Both the position numbers and the translations under genes were made by a program. The notes beneath the pieces were generated by a model. That model saw nothing but the letters and a program-made list of their open reading frames with translations. It was not told where the DNA came from and searched no databases. Of a stretch of DNA of 64,000 nucleotides, positions 61,818 through 64,000 are shown piece by piece. The DNA comes from an uncultured Gemmatimonadaceae bacterium (GTDB lineage: Bacteria > Gemmatimonadota > Gemmatimonadetes > Gemmatimonadales > Gemmatimonadaceae): positions 608,001 through 672,000 of the forward strand of contig CAWHHI010000011.1 of NCBI GenBank assembly GCA_963829055.1. Direction: 5' to 3'. Within the stretch, counting starts at the first letter, position 1. Each line of letters starts with the position of its first letter.

Positions 61818-63375
61818 ATGCCGCCTCGCGCGCGCCGCGGACGCATCCTCGCCGTCGCCATCGACCAGAAGTCGGGGCAGCCGTTGTACCGCCAGATCTA
61901 TAGCCACGTCCGCCAGTGCATCCTCGACGGTCGACTGGCGCCGGGCTCCCGCCTGCCGTCTACGCGACAGCTCGCGGCGGACCTCCGCGTCTCGCGGAGC
62001 ACGGCGGTCCAGGCCTACGAGCAGCTCAGAGCCGAGGGGTACATCGAAGGCCTCGGCGGTGCGGAGACGCGGGTGAGTGGGGCGCTCCCGGATTCGTTCG
62101 TCCGTACCGCCGCCCGCGAAGCCGATCACGCGGTGCCGTTGAGATCGTTGCTGGTGCCGTCCAGCCGTGCTCGCGCGGCGGCCGCGGCCCTCCGAAGAAC
62201 GCCAGCACCCGTCGGCATGGGACCGCGCGCGTTTCGCGCCGGTGTCCCCGCCGTCGACGTGTTTCCCGTGGACACGTGGGGGCGGATCATGGCGCGTCGC
62301 TGGGGGCGAACACCCGCCCGCGATCTCTCCTACGGCGAGCCGTTCGGCTATCGCCCGCTTCGCGAGGCCGTCGCCGACTACCTCCGCGCCGCGCGCGGCG
62401 TCCGATGCACCGCCGATCAGGTGATGATCACGTCCGGCTCGCAGCAGGCGCTCGACCTCACGTTGCGCGTGCTGATCGATCCCGGTGACAAGATCTGGCA
62501 CGAGGACCCGGGGTATCACGGCGCCCGCGGAGCCTTCGTGGCGGCTGGCGCGAACGTCATCCCGGTGCCGGTCGACCAGGATGGGCTGGACGTGATGGCC
62601 GGACGGACGCTGGCCCCGGACGCTCGCCTCGCCTTCGTGACGCCGTCTCGCCAGCTACCCCTCGGCGCGACGATGTCGCTGCCGCGGCGACTCGCGCTGC
62701 TCGAGTGGGCTGCCGCGTCGCGGTCGGCGATCTTCGAGGACGACTACGATAGCGAGTTCCGCTACGCGTCCCGTCCGTTGCCGGCGCTGCAGGGTCTCGA
62801 CCGCGGCGGCTGCGTGCTGTACTCCGGCACGTTCAGCAAGGTCACGTTCCCGTCGATGCGACTCGGCTATCTCGTGGTGCCGACGGCGTTGATCGACGTG
62901 TTCGCCGCGGCGCGACACTTCTGCGACATGCACTCGCCGTTCCTCGAGCAGGCGGTGATGACGGACTTCATCGTCGAGGGACATTTCGAGCGGCACATCA
63001 GGCGCATGCGCGCGATCTACCACGAGCGCCAGGTGCTGCTCGTGAATCTCGCGCGCGAGCGGTTCGGTGGGCTGCTCGATGTCCGTCCCGCGGATGCCGG
63101 GATGACGGTGGTCGGCTGGTTAGGCGGCGGACTCGACGACGTCACGACCACACGCGCGGCCGAGCGTGCGGGATTGCACGTGCTATCCGTTGTCGCCGCT
63201 GTCCGTCCGTCCGATGCCCCCCGCCCTGCTCCTCGGCTACGCCGGCGTGCGCGACGACGAGATCAGGGATGGCGTGAATCGTCTGGCGATCGTGCTCGAG
63301 CAGCTGATGCGGAGCCGCATCGCACCTAACGATTCCGTGCGGCGGATGAGCGCGGTGGGGGCGTCGGTGGCCTGA
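61818..63375 (+). CDS. MocR/GabR family regulator (GntR HTH plus PLP aminotransferase domain); frameshift at ~63190
   Basis: PLYRQIY...LPSTRQLA...VSRSTAVQAYEQL; GSQQAL; EDPGY; EDDYDSEF; GTFSK; LLLGYA. Confidence 0.93.
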
Positions 63376-63399
63376 ACGACACCCGACTTCGTGAGAACC

Positions 63400-64000
63400 C
63401 TACGCCACGTCAGTCGTCGCGGCTGACGCGTGCCACCACGAGAGCACGAGCGTCGAGCCGATGATCGTGACGGCGCCGGCGAGCGTCCACACGTCCGGGA
63501 TCTCGCCGAGGAGCAGCGCGCCCCACACGACCGCGAACGCGACCTGCAGATAGCCGGTCGTCGTCGCGCGCGCGGTCCGCTCGAGCTGGAGCCCGCGCGT
63601 CATGCTCACCTGCGCGAGCTGCGTCGTTATCCCGACGCCGAGCAGCAGCACCCACTCCTACGGCGTTAGGCCACTGCCAGTCCAGCGAGCGCGAACGGCA
63701 GCGACATCGGAACGCTCAGCAGCGGGAGGTAGAACGACGATCACGAGCGGGTGCTCGGCACCGCGCATCTTCCGCACGAGCGTGTACGCGGCGCCGCTGC
63801 AGAGCGCGCCCGAGCAGCGCGATCGCGATGTCCAGCGGGCTGCGGGCGCGGCGACGGCGGCACCGAACAGCCACGACGGGTGCGCGATGAACATGCACGC
63901 CGACGAGGCTCGCCACGAGACAGAGGATCTCTGGCGCGCGAATGAACTCGTCGAGGATGACGGCCGCGAGCAGCGTGGCGAACACGGGATTCATGTTCTG
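63400..64000 (-). CDS. DMT/EamA family transporter, C-terminal part, several indels
   Basis: MNPVFATLLAAVILDE..., SGAAYTLVRKM, AQVSMTRGL...YLQVAFAVVWG..LGEIP. Confidence 0.85.

Noticed and set aside
2417..63670. TTAGG as telomeric repeat or eukaryotic contamination; motif as Chi/KOPS
   Set aside because: Copies are dispersed singly inside bacterial genes, never tandem, and occur on both strands in similar numbers.
6201..64000. Many frameshifted genes (~7155, 8760, 17873, 23020, 42170, 42870, 50500-52620, 55012, 59727, 60320, 63190, 63700-63900) read as programmed frameshifting or mass pseudogenisation
   Set aside because: Small indels with no in-frame stops or decay of conserved motifs, no shared slippery site, and spread over unrelated genes. 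Typical of unpolished long-read consensus.

Overview
GC-rich bacterial chromosomal segment. Gene content (ADOP permease with PadR, Ser/Thr kinase-TolB-TPR, Oar-like and PorV-like outer-membrane proteins) suggests Gemmatimonadota; this taxonomy is inferred. About 50 CDSs; no rRNA, tRNA, CRISPR array, integrase or transposase seen. At least a dozen genes carry small frameshifts, most likely long-read indel errors. Main contents: a BlaI/M56 pair; a tandem-cupredoxin lipoprotein; an operon encoding a lanthanide-type (D-Y-D) PQQ alcohol dehydrogenase, XoxJ, cytochrome c and a caa3-type oxidase whose subunit I has substituted proton-channel residues; a PqqU/YncD-like TonB receptor; many peptidases and serine hydrolases; a GMC oxidoreductase pair; a MocR regulator. 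Best candidates for something undescribed: (1) a four-gene cassette at 31.1-33.5 kb (small protein ending PCPPFC, multi-TM membrane protein, sensor-less histidine kinase, NarL-type regulator) that looks like a peptide/small-protein signalling system; (2) a non-palindromic motif (C)GTTAGG/CCTAAC(G) at about 1 per kb on both strands and in several reading frames, using rare codons; (3) two co-varying families of REP-like inverted doublets, plus other long nested inverted repeats, occupying many intergenic gaps.
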